A stretch of DNA of 64,000 nt, from assembly GCA_022361455.1 (NCBI GenBank), contig JAKSAW010000593.1, positions 1,260 to 65,259 on the forward strand, given 5' to 3'. This document shows, one piece after another, positions 43,208 through 53,766 of the stretch. The notes beneath the pieces were generated by a model that worked only from the letters and a program-made list of their open reading frames with translations, had not been told where the DNA came from and ran no database searches. The translations under genes and the position numbers were made by a program. Every line of letters begins with the position of its first letter. Within the stretch, counting starts at the first letter, position 1. The DNA comes from Pseudomonadales bacterium (GTDB taxonomy: Bacteria; Pseudomonadota; Gammaproteobacteria; Pseudomonadales; Ketobacteraceae).

Positions 43208-44530
43208 ATGCGCATAACGCCCTTTAATAGACATTCAAAATCGTTGTTACTACTTAGCATCTTGCTAAGTGGCCTTGCTTGCTCTATGCATACTTTTGCG
43301 GGCACAAACTTTTCTGACGAAGAGTTCAAAGACACTAAAATCAGCGGTTTCCTCACCGCAGGCTTTGCTAGAGGGGGCAATAAGCGACTCGGCTTAAGGC
43401 AGAACATCGCCCAATTTGGCAAGTATGCCGATTGGACCTATAAAACTGACTCACTACTTGGTTTACAACTAAATCAACGATTCTCAAAGAAATGGGATGC
43501 AGCATTTCAAGCCATCTTTAAAGATCGAGTTGGCGATAATCTAGAAGATAATATTGAGTGGGCATTTGTACGTTACGCCCCTACTCCTTACCTAGATATG
43601 CGCGTAGGTAGAATTGGCTTAGATGTATTTATGCTGTCGGATCATCGCAATGTAGGCTTTGCATATTTATGGGCTCGACCACCTATTGAGTTTTATGGTG
43701 CTTTTGGTTTTGACCATTTTCACGGTGCAGATATTGAATATTCCACTCCGCTCTATCAGGGAAACTTTTCGACTAAAGTGTTCGTCGGTAAAGCCCGATA
43801 TCGACCCGGGGTTCCAAGAGCCGATCTCAACATTCGTTTAGAGCCATTTTATGGTTTCAATATTAAATGGGAAGATTTTAATTGGCGCTTTCAGTTCGCT
43901 TACGCGGATATTAAATACCCTAAAGGTTCTAATGAGGAGTCTGGTTTTAACGAACTCGTAGATAACCTGGAGTTTGCTGAATCTTTTGGCTGGCAGGAAG
44001 CAGGCGATATCATTGATACTTTGAACATCGATAACGAACGCACACAATATTATGCTTTAGGTGCATCATTTGAAAATCGTCGTTGGATAATTCAATCTGA
44101 AGCAGCATACACCTACACTACCTTTGAAACACTTAAGCCCTACATTAACTATTATTTAAGCGCGGGCTACAAGTATCAACAAACGATCGGCTACGTTATG
44201 GTTGGACATATGAGCAACACCAAAGACGTGCAGCATCTTCCCGAACCACCACCAATTCCAAATACCCCAGGCCTTCCAGTGGATCTGCTTCAAGCTAGTC
44301 TAGATGAATTGGTGGAAAATGTAGACCGGGTATATCATACAGCCCGCATTGATCAAACCACGTATACATTAGGGTTGCGTTGGAACTTGCGTTACGATAC
44401 CGCCATTAAACTACAATGGGACCGCTCACATGTTAAAGCGCTGGGGCAGAATCTTTGGATCACTGAGAAACGTTTTAACTATGATTCCTGGGTGAATACT
44501 TACACGGTCAATCTCAATTTCGTGTTTTAA
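43208..44530 (+). CDS. outer-membrane beta-barrel (porin-like) protein, module B
   Basis: 440 aa. Signal peptide ends HTFA-G. C-terminus TVNLNFVF. It shares RNVGFAYLWARPP, ISGFLT.G..RGG and EWAF..Y with module A. Confidence 0.6.
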   Translation: MRITPFNRHSKSLLLLSILLSGLACSMHTFAGTNFSDEEFKDTKISGFLTAGFARGGNKRLGLRQNIAQFGKYADWTYKTDSLLGLQLNQRFSKKWDAAFQAIFKDRVGDNLEDNIEWAFVRYAPTPYLDMRVGRIGLDVFMLSDHRNVGFAYLWARPPIEFYGAFGFDHFHGADIEYSTPLYQGNFSTKVFVGKARYRPGVPRADLNIRLEPFYGFNIKWEDFNWRFQFAYADIKYPKGSNEESGFNELVDNLEFAESFGWQEAGDIIDTLNIDNERTQYYALGASFENRRWIIQSEAAYTYTTFETLKPYINYYLSAGYKYQQTIGYVMVGHMSNTKDVQHLPEPPPIPNTPGLPVDLLQASLDELVENVDRVYHTARIDQTTYTLGLRWNLRYDTAIKLQWDRSHVKALGQNLWITEKRFNYDSWVNTYTVNLNFVF

Positions 44531-44544
44531 GAGGTATGTTTAAA

Positions 44545-45564
44545 CTAAAAATCAGCCGAAAATTGATAAACACCATTCTCTACACAGACAGAAACCCGCT
44601 TTTCATTTAGCAGCCAGTTAAGATGGGCCATCACTTCCCCTACTGCTAGAAAGTTTTGAAACTCATCCATCTCGCGATCAAATAACTCATTGGTAATTTC
44701 TTGAGGATTAATTGACGTCCCGCAAAGCGTCACTATTTTATCTAATCGTTCATGATGATGATCGACCACAGCTTGGAGCCGTTGGTGCAACCCCTTGAAA
44801 GGCAACTCGTGAGCAGGCAACACCAATACTGAATCTGGAATTCTCGCTTTTACCTTGTCATGAGCATCAAACCAATCTTTAAGTGGATTTGCATAGGCTT
44901 GGGTTGGCGAAATAGAGACATTTGAAGTTATCGCTGGTAGCACTTGATCACCTGATAACATCATATCAAGTGCTTCACAGTATAAAGATAAGTGTTCTGG
45001 AGAATGCCCCCTAGTCGTTATTGCTTCCCACTCATAATCACCAATCTTTAAACGATCACCATCCACCACTCTGTGAAACGCTCCTGGTACCTCCGTTACC
45101 ATATGCGAATAATTACTATCAGCTAGCAATGCTTCTTTAGATTCTTCATTGATACCAGTGCGATCAAAATATTCAGCAGATTCCCAGTAACGCTCACTAC
45201 GTTTTGGTGCATAGAAAGTCCGCGTATAGTAATACTCAGCTTCTGTGGTGTAAAAAGGCACCTTGTAGGTATCGCAAAACCAACCTGCAAGACCGTTATG
45301 ATCTGGATGGTGATGAGTTGAAATAACACGTGTTATCGGTGCGCCATCCAGGCCTTCAGCGATTATTTTTTCCCACCTTGAAATAGCCTCCTTGCCATTC
45401 ATGCCCGTGTCTAAAACACACCATCCATCACCGTCCTTGAGCAAATAACAATTAATATGTGCTAATGAGAAAGGCAATGGAGATCGCACCCATTTAACAT
45501 GTGGATGTATAGTCACGACCTGGTGGTTTTCGGGGGCTTCAGTGAATGGAAAGGTCAAACTCAT
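44545..45564 (-). CDS. MBL-fold metallo-hydrolase
   Basis: 339 aa. HxHxDH motif (STHHHPDHNG), with later His and Asp ligands (TTRGHSPEH, SGD). Last gene of the minus-strand catabolic operon. Confidence 0.8.
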   Translation of the reverse strand: MSLTFPFTEAPENHQVVTIHPHVKWVRSPLPFSLAHINCYLLKDGDGWCVLDTGMNGKEAISRWEKIIAEGLDGAPITRVISTHHHPDHNGLAGWFCDTYKVPFYTTEAEYYYTRTFYAPKRSERYWESAEYFDRTGINEESKEALLADSNYSHMVTEVPGAFHRVVDGDRLKIGDYEWEAITTRGHSPEHLSLYCEALDMMLSGDQVLPAITSNVSISPTQAYANPLKDWFDAHDKVKARIPDSVLVLPAHELPFKGLHQRLQAVVDHHHERLDKIVTLCGTSINPQEITNELFDREMDEFQNFLAVGEVMAHLNWLLNEKRVSVCVENGVYQFSADF

Positions 45565-45579
45565 AGAGGAATACCGCGA

Positions 45580-46368
45580 TTAGTGAGGTAGGAACTCGCC
45601 GCCATTCACATCTAAACAGGCGCCGGAGACTGCATTTGCATAATCTGAGGCTAAAAAGATAACAGCTTTTGCACAATCCGCGTCAGTGGGAATTCTGCCA
45701 AGAGGAATGTTCTTTTCGACTTGTGCTTTGAGCTCCTCTAATGGCTCACCTGTCTTACTACTCTGATATTTAAAATAATTTTCTACTGGAGGGCCCCACA
45801 TCCACCCCATATAGGCACCATTAACTCTAATATTGTATGGACCAAGCTCAACGGCTAAGTGCTGGGTTGCACTAGTTAAAGCAGCTTTAGAGGCCGCATA
45901 TCCCGCCTGAGTAGGCATGGGCTTTCTAGTCACCATTGTATTGATATTAACAATACTGCCTCCACCGGCGGACTTCATGAAGGGAATAACTTCCAGGGTA
46001 ATATTCATAGTCCCGAAAAGATTCACTTCCATGGCACTTCGCCAGCTATCTAAATCAGCGGACTCAATGGGTTCGAATTGCCCTGGGTTGTAAGCGCTAT
46101 TAATTAAACAGTCGATACGGCCAAAATGCTCGATGGCCTTGGTTGCAAGTTGCTGGCATTGCTTCTTATCCGCTATGTCAGTGGGGACAATCAGGATTTC
46201 TGTTTTTGGATTCGAATCGAGGATTTGTTGTTTAGCTGCCTCAAGTTTTTCAGCTGTTCTGGCAGCAATAACAAGGTTGGCACCCTGTTCTGCAGCCCGC
46301 AGGGCTAGCTCAATACCTAGCCCAGGACCTATACCAGAGATAATGACAACCTTGTCTTTCAATAACAT
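45580..46368 (-). CDS. SDR-family oxidoreductase
   Basis: 262 aa. ISGIGPGLG glycine motif, NSAYN, and the YAASKAAL (YxxxK) catalytic motif. Confidence 0.85.
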   Translation of the reverse strand: MLLKDKVVIISGIGPGLGIELALRAAEQGANLVIAARTAEKLEAAKQQILDSNPKTEILIVPTDIADKKQCQQLATKAIEHFGRIDCLINSAYNPGQFEPIESADLDSWRSAMEVNLFGTMNITLEVIPFMKSAGGGSIVNINTMVTRKPMPTQAGYAASKAALTSATQHLAVELGPYNIRVNGAYMGWMWGPPVENYFKYQSSKTGEPLEELKAQVEKNIPLGRIPTDADCAKAVIFLASDYANAVSGACLDVNGGEFLPH

Positions 46369-46370
46369 GG

Positions 46371-47513
46371 TTACATTCGCTTCGCGACTTCACCGTACAT
46401 TACTTCGGTAGCACCACCACCGATGGGAAGAACACGAGCATCACGATACATGCGCTCAATGATACTTTCTTCCATAAAGCCCATACCACCATGAAGCTGC
46501 AAACAGTCATACATCACTTCATTAGTAATATCACATGCATAAGCTTTTATTTGAGATACCTCTCTTACATTGTCAACGCCTTGAGCGTCCAACCAACACA
46601 CGTAGTAAAGATAGTTTCTAGCAAGATCAACTTTTGTTTGAGCTCTGGCTAAGCTATCGCGAATAAGATCTTTGTCCCACAGCATGCCACCAAACGCTGG
46701 ACGATTTTTAACGTTTTCTAAGGTCAAATCGATAGCTTTTTGTGCTTCGCCTACGCCCATGGCTGCTAGCATAATTCGTTCATGCTGGAAGTTTTGCATA
46801 ATAGCGTAGAAGCCTTTGTTTTCTTCGCCGAGCATGGAAGATACTGGAACTCTAACGTTATCGAAGAATAACTCTGCAGTATCTGAACTTCTCCAACCAT
46901 GTTTCTTCAGAGAGCGCCCCACAGAAAAACCGGGAGTGCCCTTTTCAACAATAAAGATCGATATACCACGTGAACCTTTTGCCTCTGGATCAGTTTTTGC
47001 AGCGACAAAGTACACATCACCTAATACACCGTTGGTAATAAAGATTTTGCTACCATTGATGATATAGTCGTCGCCATCTTTCACTGCACGAGTCTTAATA
47101 CCGGCTACATCAGAACCTGCACCTGGTTCAGTAACACAAATCGCTGTAATTTTTTGTCCGGAAATACAATCAGGAATATATTTCTGTTTTTGTTCATCGT
47201 TACCAGCATTGGCAAGATGAGGTGATGCCATGTTGGTATGCACTAAAGCTGTAATAGTCACACCAGCATAAGATGAACGACCAAGCTCTTCAGCAAGAAC
47301 AGCAGCAGCACGAACATCCATACCACTGCCGCCGTACTTTTCTTCATGCATTAAGCCTAAGAAACCTAACTCACCCATTTTATGAAGGAGTTCACGGGGA
47401 ACAGAACCGTCTTTTTCCCACGCTTCGCCATTAGGAACGATTTCTTTTTCCACAAAACGTGAAACTTGTTCACGTAGCATGTCATGTTCTTCTAAAAAAT
47501 AGGGATTCTTCAT
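46371..47513 (-). CDS. acyl-CoA dehydrogenase
   Basis: 380 aa. ACAD N, middle and C domains are recognisable (CVTEPGAGSDVAG; GWRSSDTAELFF; LQLHGGMGFMEE). Lies 2 nt upstream of the SDR gene. Confidence 0.9.
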   Translation of the reverse strand: MKNPYFLEEHDMLREQVSRFVEKEIVPNGEAWEKDGSVPRELLHKMGELGFLGLMHEEKYGGSGMDVRAAAVLAEELGRSSYAGVTITALVHTNMASPHLANAGNDEQKQKYIPDCISGQKITAICVTEPGAGSDVAGIKTRAVKDGDDYIINGSKIFITNGVLGDVYFVAAKTDPEAKGSRGISIFIVEKGTPGFSVGRSLKKHGWRSSDTAELFFDNVRVPVSSMLGEENKGFYAIMQNFQHERIMLAAMGVGEAQKAIDLTLENVKNRPAFGGMLWDKDLIRDSLARAQTKVDLARNYLYYVCWLDAQGVDNVREVSQIKAYACDITNEVMYDCLQLHGGMGFMEESIIERMYRDARVLPIGGGATEVMYGEVAKRM

Positions 47514-47630
47514 TGTTAAATCTCTTTAGTTAACTTTAATCTTTTTTCTTTCACACAATTGTAAATTCAATCTTTTACTTCAACAAAACGCAACCGTTTC
47601 ATCATGAGACTCATAAGAGTCTAGATAAGA

Positions 47631-49661
47631 TCATTCTTCAGGTTCAATTTCGACGATAAGATCTCCGTCTTCAACCTTATCACCGGCCGCAAACATCACT
47701 GATTTAACGGTGCCCGCGCAAGGACATGGCATGTTATGAATAAGCTTCATTGCTTCCATTACAATACCTGTTTGGCCTTCCTCGACTTTGTCACCTTCCG
47801 CCACTAGCACATCGGTTACCAAACCCGGCATATGCGCTCTGATCACGTTGGATGAATTCTTAAGAGCAGCAACTTCGCCCAACTGGCTTTCTTCTAACGA
47901 CAAAAATGTATAGCTACGATTAAGTCGTGGGGAACTCAACGCAACATGTTTATTGTGAATGACAACATCCAACGAGCGACGGGTACCATCTACTTCAACT
48001 TGCCAGGTATCCCCTTGTCCACTTCTAGGTAAAGTAAGAGACACGTTATGAGTCGATTCGTCTTCATCTGGCAGGCCATTAATCTTAACCAGGAAACTAC
48101 CATTGGTACCTTGAACTTCAAACTCAATCAGTTCCTTGCCATGCTGCATCCACATTTTTGAAATAGCCGGTGCACCACAGGTTTGTGTTAAACGCCAGCT
48201 GCCCAGCGCTTGCCATGGAGAACCCGTTGTAGCTTTGTTTGCCGCATTTTGTTGATCCACACAATAGGCAGCGGAAGCAATTGCCATATGCATGGCCTCG
48301 CCCCATGGCTGCCAACCTTCGGGGAACTGCTTGCCGATATATTGGGTGGTAAGTTCTTGATGAAACGCTGGGCGAGTAATCAAACTCGTTAAAAACTCTT
48401 GGTTTGTTTTTACACCGCCAATTGAGTAATCATTTAACCCGTGAAGCAAGCGTTGCGAAGCTAAGCCACGGGTATTACCCCAAGCGATCACTTTAGCGAT
48501 CATGGAATCATAAAAGGGCGTAATTTCTGAACCTTGAGTAACACCACTATCGATACGCAGGCCTTCTGCTTCAGGTTCACGATATAGCTTAATGGTACCG
48601 ATTTCAGGAAGGTAATCGTTCGCAGGATCTTCAGCGTTCACACGTGCTTCGATCGCATGACCATTCGCTTTAATATCTTCTTGGTTAATAGTTAGCGCTT
48701 CGCCTTGAGCAACGCGAATTTGCCATTCGACAAGATCTAAACCAGTAACAAGCTCAGTAGTGGGATGCTCTACCTGTAAACGGGTATTCATCTCTAGAAA
48801 ATAAGCTTCTTCAGTGTCTGCATCAAAAATGAATTCAACGGTGCCGGCACCCAAATAATTCAGGTGCTGACCGAGCTTGACAGCGCAATCGAACAAGCCC
48901 TGTCGTACGGAATCAGCCATATGGCTAACAGGGGCTTCCTCGATAACTTTTTGGTAGTTACGCTGAATAGAACACTCACGATCTAATAAATGCAGTACTT
49001 TGCCGTGACTATCCGCAAGCACTTGTACTTCAATGTGACGCGGGCGAACGATATATTTTTCTAAGAGAACACGATCGTCACCAAACGAGTTAAGCGCTTC
49101 TTGCTTGGCCATTTTAAGGGCTTCGTCGAACTGAGAAGCCTCTTCAACAATACGCATCCCTTTACCACCGCCACCGGCGCTGGCTTTTATTAATACCGGA
49201 AAGCCTATCTTTTCTACCTGAGACTTCAAGGCATCTGGGCTTTGATCATCGCCGTTGTAGCCAGGCACAGTGGGTATCTCTAATTGCTGCGCTATAGCTT
49301 TCGCTTCGATTTTGGAACCCATATCGGCAATACTTGCCACAGAAGGCCCAACAAAAATCACGCCGTTCTCCTGACAGAGCGAAATTAGCTCAGTGCTTTC
49401 TGAAAGGAATCCGTATCCAGGATGGATCGCATCTGCTTTTACTTTAATAGCAGCATCCATTATTGCTTGAGCATTGAGGTAACTTTCACTCGCAGCAGCA
49501 CCACCAATGTGACAAGCTAAATCAGCTTTTTGCGCGTGTAATGCATAACGATCAGCGTCAGAAAAAACTGCCACTGATTCAATACCAAGTTTTTTACAGG
49601 TCTTTATAACCCTGCAAGCAATCTCACCCCGATTAGCAATTAATAAACGTTTGATAGTCAT
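47631..49661 (-). CDS. biotin-dependent acyl-CoA carboxylase alpha subunit (biotin carboxylase + BCCP), MccA/LiuD/AtuF-like
   Basis: 676 aa. N-terminus IKRLLIANRGEIACRVI, ATP-grasp GGGGKGMR, EMNTRLQVEHP, and a C-terminal biotinyl motif MEAMKL. The ATG overlaps the stop of the hydratase gene (TAATG). Confidence 0.9.
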   Translation of the reverse strand: MTIKRLLIANRGEIACRVIKTCKKLGIESVAVFSDADRYALHAQKADLACHIGGAAASESYLNAQAIMDAAIKVKADAIHPGYGFLSESTELISLCQENGVIFVGPSVASIADMGSKIEAKAIAQQLEIPTVPGYNGDDQSPDALKSQVEKIGFPVLIKASAGGGGKGMRIVEEASQFDEALKMAKQEALNSFGDDRVLLEKYIVRPRHIEVQVLADSHGKVLHLLDRECSIQRNYQKVIEEAPVSHMADSVRQGLFDCAVKLGQHLNYLGAGTVEFIFDADTEEAYFLEMNTRLQVEHPTTELVTGLDLVEWQIRVAQGEALTINQEDIKANGHAIEARVNAEDPANDYLPEIGTIKLYREPEAEGLRIDSGVTQGSEITPFYDSMIAKVIAWGNTRGLASQRLLHGLNDYSIGGVKTNQEFLTSLITRPAFHQELTTQYIGKQFPEGWQPWGEAMHMAIASAAYCVDQQNAANKATTGSPWQALGSWRLTQTCGAPAISKMWMQHGKELIEFEVQGTNGSFLVKINGLPDEDESTHNVSLTLPRSGQGDTWQVEVDGTRRSLDVVIHNKHVALSSPRLNRSYTFLSLEESQLGEVAALKNSSNVIRAHMPGLVTDVLVAEGDKVEEGQTGIVMEAMKLIHNMPCPCAGTVKSVMFAAGDKVEDGDLIVEIEPEE

Positions 49662-50446
49662 TACTGCCTCCAGCTTGGGGTTTCTTTATTGAAGAAGCAG
49701 TGAATACCTTCCTGCCCTTCTTCTGATTCCCAGGTATCAGCCAAAATATTAGCCGTGTAATGAACACAGGTGTCTGTATCATGAGTATCTACGAAGTAAA
49801 TCAGCTTTTTAGTGACTGCAATAGCTCCTGGGCCGCACTGCAATACGTAACCGATTTCTTTTTCCACAGCCGCATCTAGATCAGCATCAGCCACTACTTC
49901 ATCCACTAGGCGAACATCTTTTGCTTTAGCCGCAGATAATGGTCGTGCGTTTAAGAACGTTCTACGTGCATTGGCTCGACCCATTTTCTCAACCACAAAA
50001 GTTGATATATTTGCTGGTGTTAATCCGAGTCGAACTTCTGTTAATGCAAATTTGCAAGACTCAGCTGCAATGGCAATATCGCAGACAGAAATCATACCGG
50101 TACCACCGCCATAAGCCTGGCCGTTAATCTTGCCAATTAGCGGCTTAGATAGTTCATTCAAAGTACGTAGCATTGTCGCAAGGTGGGCACTATCAGCAAC
50201 ACGCTCGGCACGGCTCGCTTCAAAGATGCCTTGCATCCATTTTAGATCTCCACCGGCACAGAACGACTCACCCGCTCCGGTTAAGATCACTGCACGCACT
50301 TTTTTGTCGACATCTAATTCGCGAGCAGCTTCAGTGACTTCGCGAATTAGTTCATCGTTCATCGCATTGTGCTTTTCAGGACGATTTAATAGAAGCGTGG
50401 CAACGCCGCGATCATCAACAGTTACTTCAATTGTGTTGTAGCTCAT
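49661..50446 (-). CDS. enoyl-CoA hydratase/isomerase family (methylglutaconyl-CoA hydratase-like position)
   Basis: 261 aa. Crotonase signature LTGAGESFCAGGDLK and GQAYGGGTGM. It sits between the carboxylase beta and alpha genes, as liuC does. Confidence 0.85.
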   Translation of the reverse strand: MSYNTIEVTVDDRGVATLLLNRPEKHNAMNDELIREVTEAARELDVDKKVRAVILTGAGESFCAGGDLKWMQGIFEASRAERVADSAHLATMLRTLNELSKPLIGKINGQAYGGGTGMISVCDIAIAAESCKFALTEVRLGLTPANISTFVVEKMGRANARRTFLNARPLSAAKAKDVRLVDEVVADADLDAAVEKEIGYVLQCGPGAIAVTKKLIYFVDTHDTDTCVHYTANILADTWESEEGQEGIHCFFNKETPSWRQ

Positions 50447-50472
50447 TTGTTTCTTCCTAATAAATACGTTCT

Positions 50473-52071
50473 TTACATGCGATAGACTGAAGTTCGGTCG
50501 TCACGGGGTTCGTTAGTTGCTGCAACTGACAAACATAAACCGATAACATCTCGGGTTTGACACGGTTCAATAATGCCATCATCCCAGATACGAGACGTTG
50601 CAAAATAAGGATCACTCTTTTCTGCGTACAATGCTCGAGTGTCTTTTTCTAGCTTTTCTAGATCTTCTGCGGAAGCCTTTTTACTGATACTGTTCTTTGC
50701 TAATTCCATCACAACATTAGTGCCGATATCAGCACTCATTGTTGCCACTACAGAGTTTGGCCAAGCAAACATCATGTCGGGCCTAAAACCGCGACCACAC
50801 ATACCGTAGTTACCGGCACCATAAGAACCACCACATACCACTGTAAAACGAGGTACTTTTGCAGTGGACATCGCGTAAACCAACTTGGCACTATGCTTAG
50901 CGATACCGCCTTGCTCGGCTGCTTTACCAACCATAAATCCCGGTACGTTTTGCAAGAACAGCAAAGGAACATTGCGTTGTTCACACAGGCTTATAAAGTG
51001 CGCGCCTTTCACAGAAGACTCAGAGAACAGCGGACCATTGTTCCCAAGAATGCCAACAGGATGGCCATGAATATGGGCCATACCACAAACCAAACTTGTT
51101 CCCCATTGTGGTTTAAACTCTTGGAACTCACTGCCATCAACCATTCGCGCGATCACTTCACGCATGTCGAAAGGCTGAGCGAAATCTTTATTTACAATCC
51201 CCATGATTTCTTCAGCAGGATAAGCAGGCTCTTGAGATTCTAGGGTGCGTTGGAAATTGGTCTTAGGGATATTAAATCCTTGTACGATTTCTCGGATTCG
51301 AGCAATCGCTTCTTGCTCCGTCTCAGCTACGTTGTCCGACACACCTGATACTGTGGTGTGCATATCAGCACCACCAAGATCTTCTGGGCTGATATCTTCG
51401 TTAATAGCCACTTTAACAATCGAAGGGCCACCAAGGTGAATCGTAGCGTTGCCCCGCACCATTACGACTTCGTCTGAAAGCGCGGGAATATAAGCTGCTC
51501 CTGCAGTACTCACACCAAATACAGCAGCAACTTGCGGTAAGCCACGTTGTGACATATTGCACTGGCGATAAAAAATATTACCGAAGTGGTCTTTATCTGG
51601 GAAAACGCGATCCCATTCATGAAGGTATGCACCGCCACAATCTACTAAGTAGATACAAGGTAGATTTAGGTTATCAGCGATTTCTTGTGCGCGTACATGC
51701 TTCTTGACCGTTTCAGGGTAGTAAGCACCACCTTTAACAGTCGAATCGTTCGCTACAATAACGCAATGCATACCATGAACAACACCAATACCTGTAACAA
51801 TACCGGCGCTATGTACTCGACCACCATATTGGTTATAGGCTGCTAAGGCAGAGAATTCTAAAAATGGCGTGCAAGGATCGACGAGCAAATCGATACGTTC
51901 ACGGGGTAGTAATTTTCCACGTTTACGATGCCGCTCAATTAAGTGATCCCGACCACCGAAGATTGCTTCATTAACTTTTCCACGAAGCTCTTCCACTAGG
52001 CCAGAGTGGTATTCAACATTCTCGCGATAACTATCAGAATTCTTGTTTACTTTAGAAATAAATCTACTCAT
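50473..52071 (-). CDS. acyl-CoA carboxylase carboxyltransferase (beta) subunit, MccB/LiuB/AtuC-like
   Basis: 532 aa. Carboxyl_trans domain strings: GKLLPRERIDLL, ANDSTVKGGAYYP, GAAYIPA, AWPN. Confidence 0.9.
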   Translation of the reverse strand: MSRFISKVNKNSDSYRENVEYHSGLVEELRGKVNEAIFGGRDHLIERHRKRGKLLPRERIDLLVDPCTPFLEFSALAAYNQYGGRVHSAGIVTGIGVVHGMHCVIVANDSTVKGGAYYPETVKKHVRAQEIADNLNLPCIYLVDCGGAYLHEWDRVFPDKDHFGNIFYRQCNMSQRGLPQVAAVFGVSTAGAAYIPALSDEVVMVRGNATIHLGGPSIVKVAINEDISPEDLGGADMHTTVSGVSDNVAETEQEAIARIREIVQGFNIPKTNFQRTLESQEPAYPAEEIMGIVNKDFAQPFDMREVIARMVDGSEFQEFKPQWGTSLVCGMAHIHGHPVGILGNNGPLFSESSVKGAHFISLCEQRNVPLLFLQNVPGFMVGKAAEQGGIAKHSAKLVYAMSTAKVPRFTVVCGGSYGAGNYGMCGRGFRPDMMFAWPNSVVATMSADIGTNVVMELAKNSISKKASAEDLEKLEKDTRALYAEKSDPYFATSRIWDDGIIEPCQTRDVIGLCLSVAATNEPRDDRTSVYRM

Positions 52072-52146
52072 ACAGCAACCTAAACATAATTAAAGAACTG
52101 GGCCGCGTTGTCGCGCAGCCCAGTGTGGTTGGAGCAAATGGGGGTA

Positions 52147-53691
52147 TTACTTTGTGCGCCCAGCGTTTTCCCAGTAAGGCTCACGAATCATTTTTCGGCT
52201 TACCTTACCGACTGGAGTACGAGGCAGTGATTCTGTGCGAATTTCTACGCTAGCCGGCTTTTTATAGGAACCGAGCTCATCAGCACAAAGATTGATAATT
52301 TGATCTTCTGTTACGTCACTCTCATTCTTAACAACAACGATAACATGTGGAGATTGACCAAAACGCTCTGAGGGTATTGGGAATGCCACCACTTCAATAA
52401 TTTCAGGAATGGTTGCAATCACGTTTTCTAGCTCAGCTGGCCAAATGTTGTAACCGCCCGAAATGATCATGTCGTCTTTACGGTCGAGCATGTAGAGATA
52501 GCCATTGTCATCGACATAACCCATATCACTGGTGTGAACCCAACCATCGATAAGCGTTTTCGCGGTGGATTCTGGATTTTCCCAGTAGCCAGTCATTTGG
52601 CCAGCAACCTGTAAGCAGATCTCACCTTCTTTTCCGTTAGGCATTAACTCGTTTGTTTCTGGGTCACGAATTTGAACACCGCAGAATGGGTGAATCTTAC
52701 CAAGTGAACGCATTGGCTTAGATCCAGGGATATCATCACGGATCCAATCTTTAGCCATGGTTATAGTGGCTGGTACTGCTTCTGTTTGTCCGTAAAGCTG
52801 GCACATAGCATCGCCAAAGAAATCATAAGCCTTCTTAACGTTTGCTTCAGTGATCGGCGCAGCACCAATCAATAGTACTTTCAAAGCTGACCAATCTTTT
52901 TCAGCAGCACCTTCAACCTGCATAACGTCTTGCACCATAGTCGGTGCCATGAATACGTAGCCAACCTTTTCGTTAACCAACATGTCAACACAGGCATCTG
53001 GCGCGTATTTTTGAACAACAAGGTTTACACCACCTTGCAACCACATGGGTACGAACTGATAACCGGAAGCGTGAGAAATTGGCGCAAGATGCATACAAAC
53101 ATCGCCTACTTCAACAGAAGGCATTGGGAAGAACCAGTTACGACCAATGCCAAGCCATGCATCATGAGTGAAGCTAACGCCTTTGGGGTTACCGGTAGTA
53201 CCACCAGTGTGACGTATTACATAAAGATCACTACCGTCTTCAGCAACTTCTACGTTTGGATCTTCCGCCGAGAAACTCGCTAACCACTCTTCGTAACCCT
53301 CTTTGGTGCGAACAATAATATGATCCAAACAATCAATTTCATTATTCATACCTTCCAACTGGTCAGCGTAATGGTCATCAACGACCACTGCTTTACAGCC
53401 AGTATGCTCCATCATATGCATATGGCTTTTACGCGCATTACGTGCGTAAAGAGGAACCCTTACGATATTCGCGATCGCAGCACCTAAAAAGAAGTCTACC
53501 GCTTCAATCGTATTATCTTCTAAAGACGCTACCTTATCTCCGGGCTTTAATCCCATCGACAACATCAAGTTAGCCATGCGAGTCCCACGCTCCCAGGCTT
53601 CTTTAAATGTTAAACGTGTGTCACCAGCAATAATTGCAGGCTTATCTGCATGGAACAATGCTGATCTTCTCATCAAATCGCGGATATTCAT
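52147..53691 (-). CDS. AMP-dependent acyl-CoA synthetase/ligase
   Basis: 514 aa. A TSGTTG-like box is present (RHTGGTTGNPKG), along with YGQTE, TSDMGYVDDNGYLYMLDRKDDMIISGGYNIWP and a C-terminal GKVSRK. Confidence 0.85.
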   Translation of the reverse strand: MNIRDLMRRSALFHADKPAIIAGDTRLTFKEAWERGTRMANLMLSMGLKPGDKVASLEDNTIEAVDFFLGAAIANIVRVPLYARNARKSHMHMMEHTGCKAVVVDDHYADQLEGMNNEIDCLDHIIVRTKEGYEEWLASFSAEDPNVEVAEDGSDLYVIRHTGGTTGNPKGVSFTHDAWLGIGRNWFFPMPSVEVGDVCMHLAPISHASGYQFVPMWLQGGVNLVVQKYAPDACVDMLVNEKVGYVFMAPTMVQDVMQVEGAAEKDWSALKVLLIGAAPITEANVKKAYDFFGDAMCQLYGQTEAVPATITMAKDWIRDDIPGSKPMRSLGKIHPFCGVQIRDPETNELMPNGKEGEICLQVAGQMTGYWENPESTAKTLIDGWVHTSDMGYVDDNGYLYMLDRKDDMIISGGYNIWPAELENVIATIPEIIEVVAFPIPSERFGQSPHVIVVVKNESDVTEDQIINLCADELGSYKKPASVEIRTESLPRTPVGKVSRKMIREPYWENAGRTK

Positions 53692-53766
53692 TACAAATCC
53701 CTCTTTGTTTTATTTTTTTGAAAGTTGGTTAATAGTTACAGCGATTAACTACTTAATCGATAAGCC

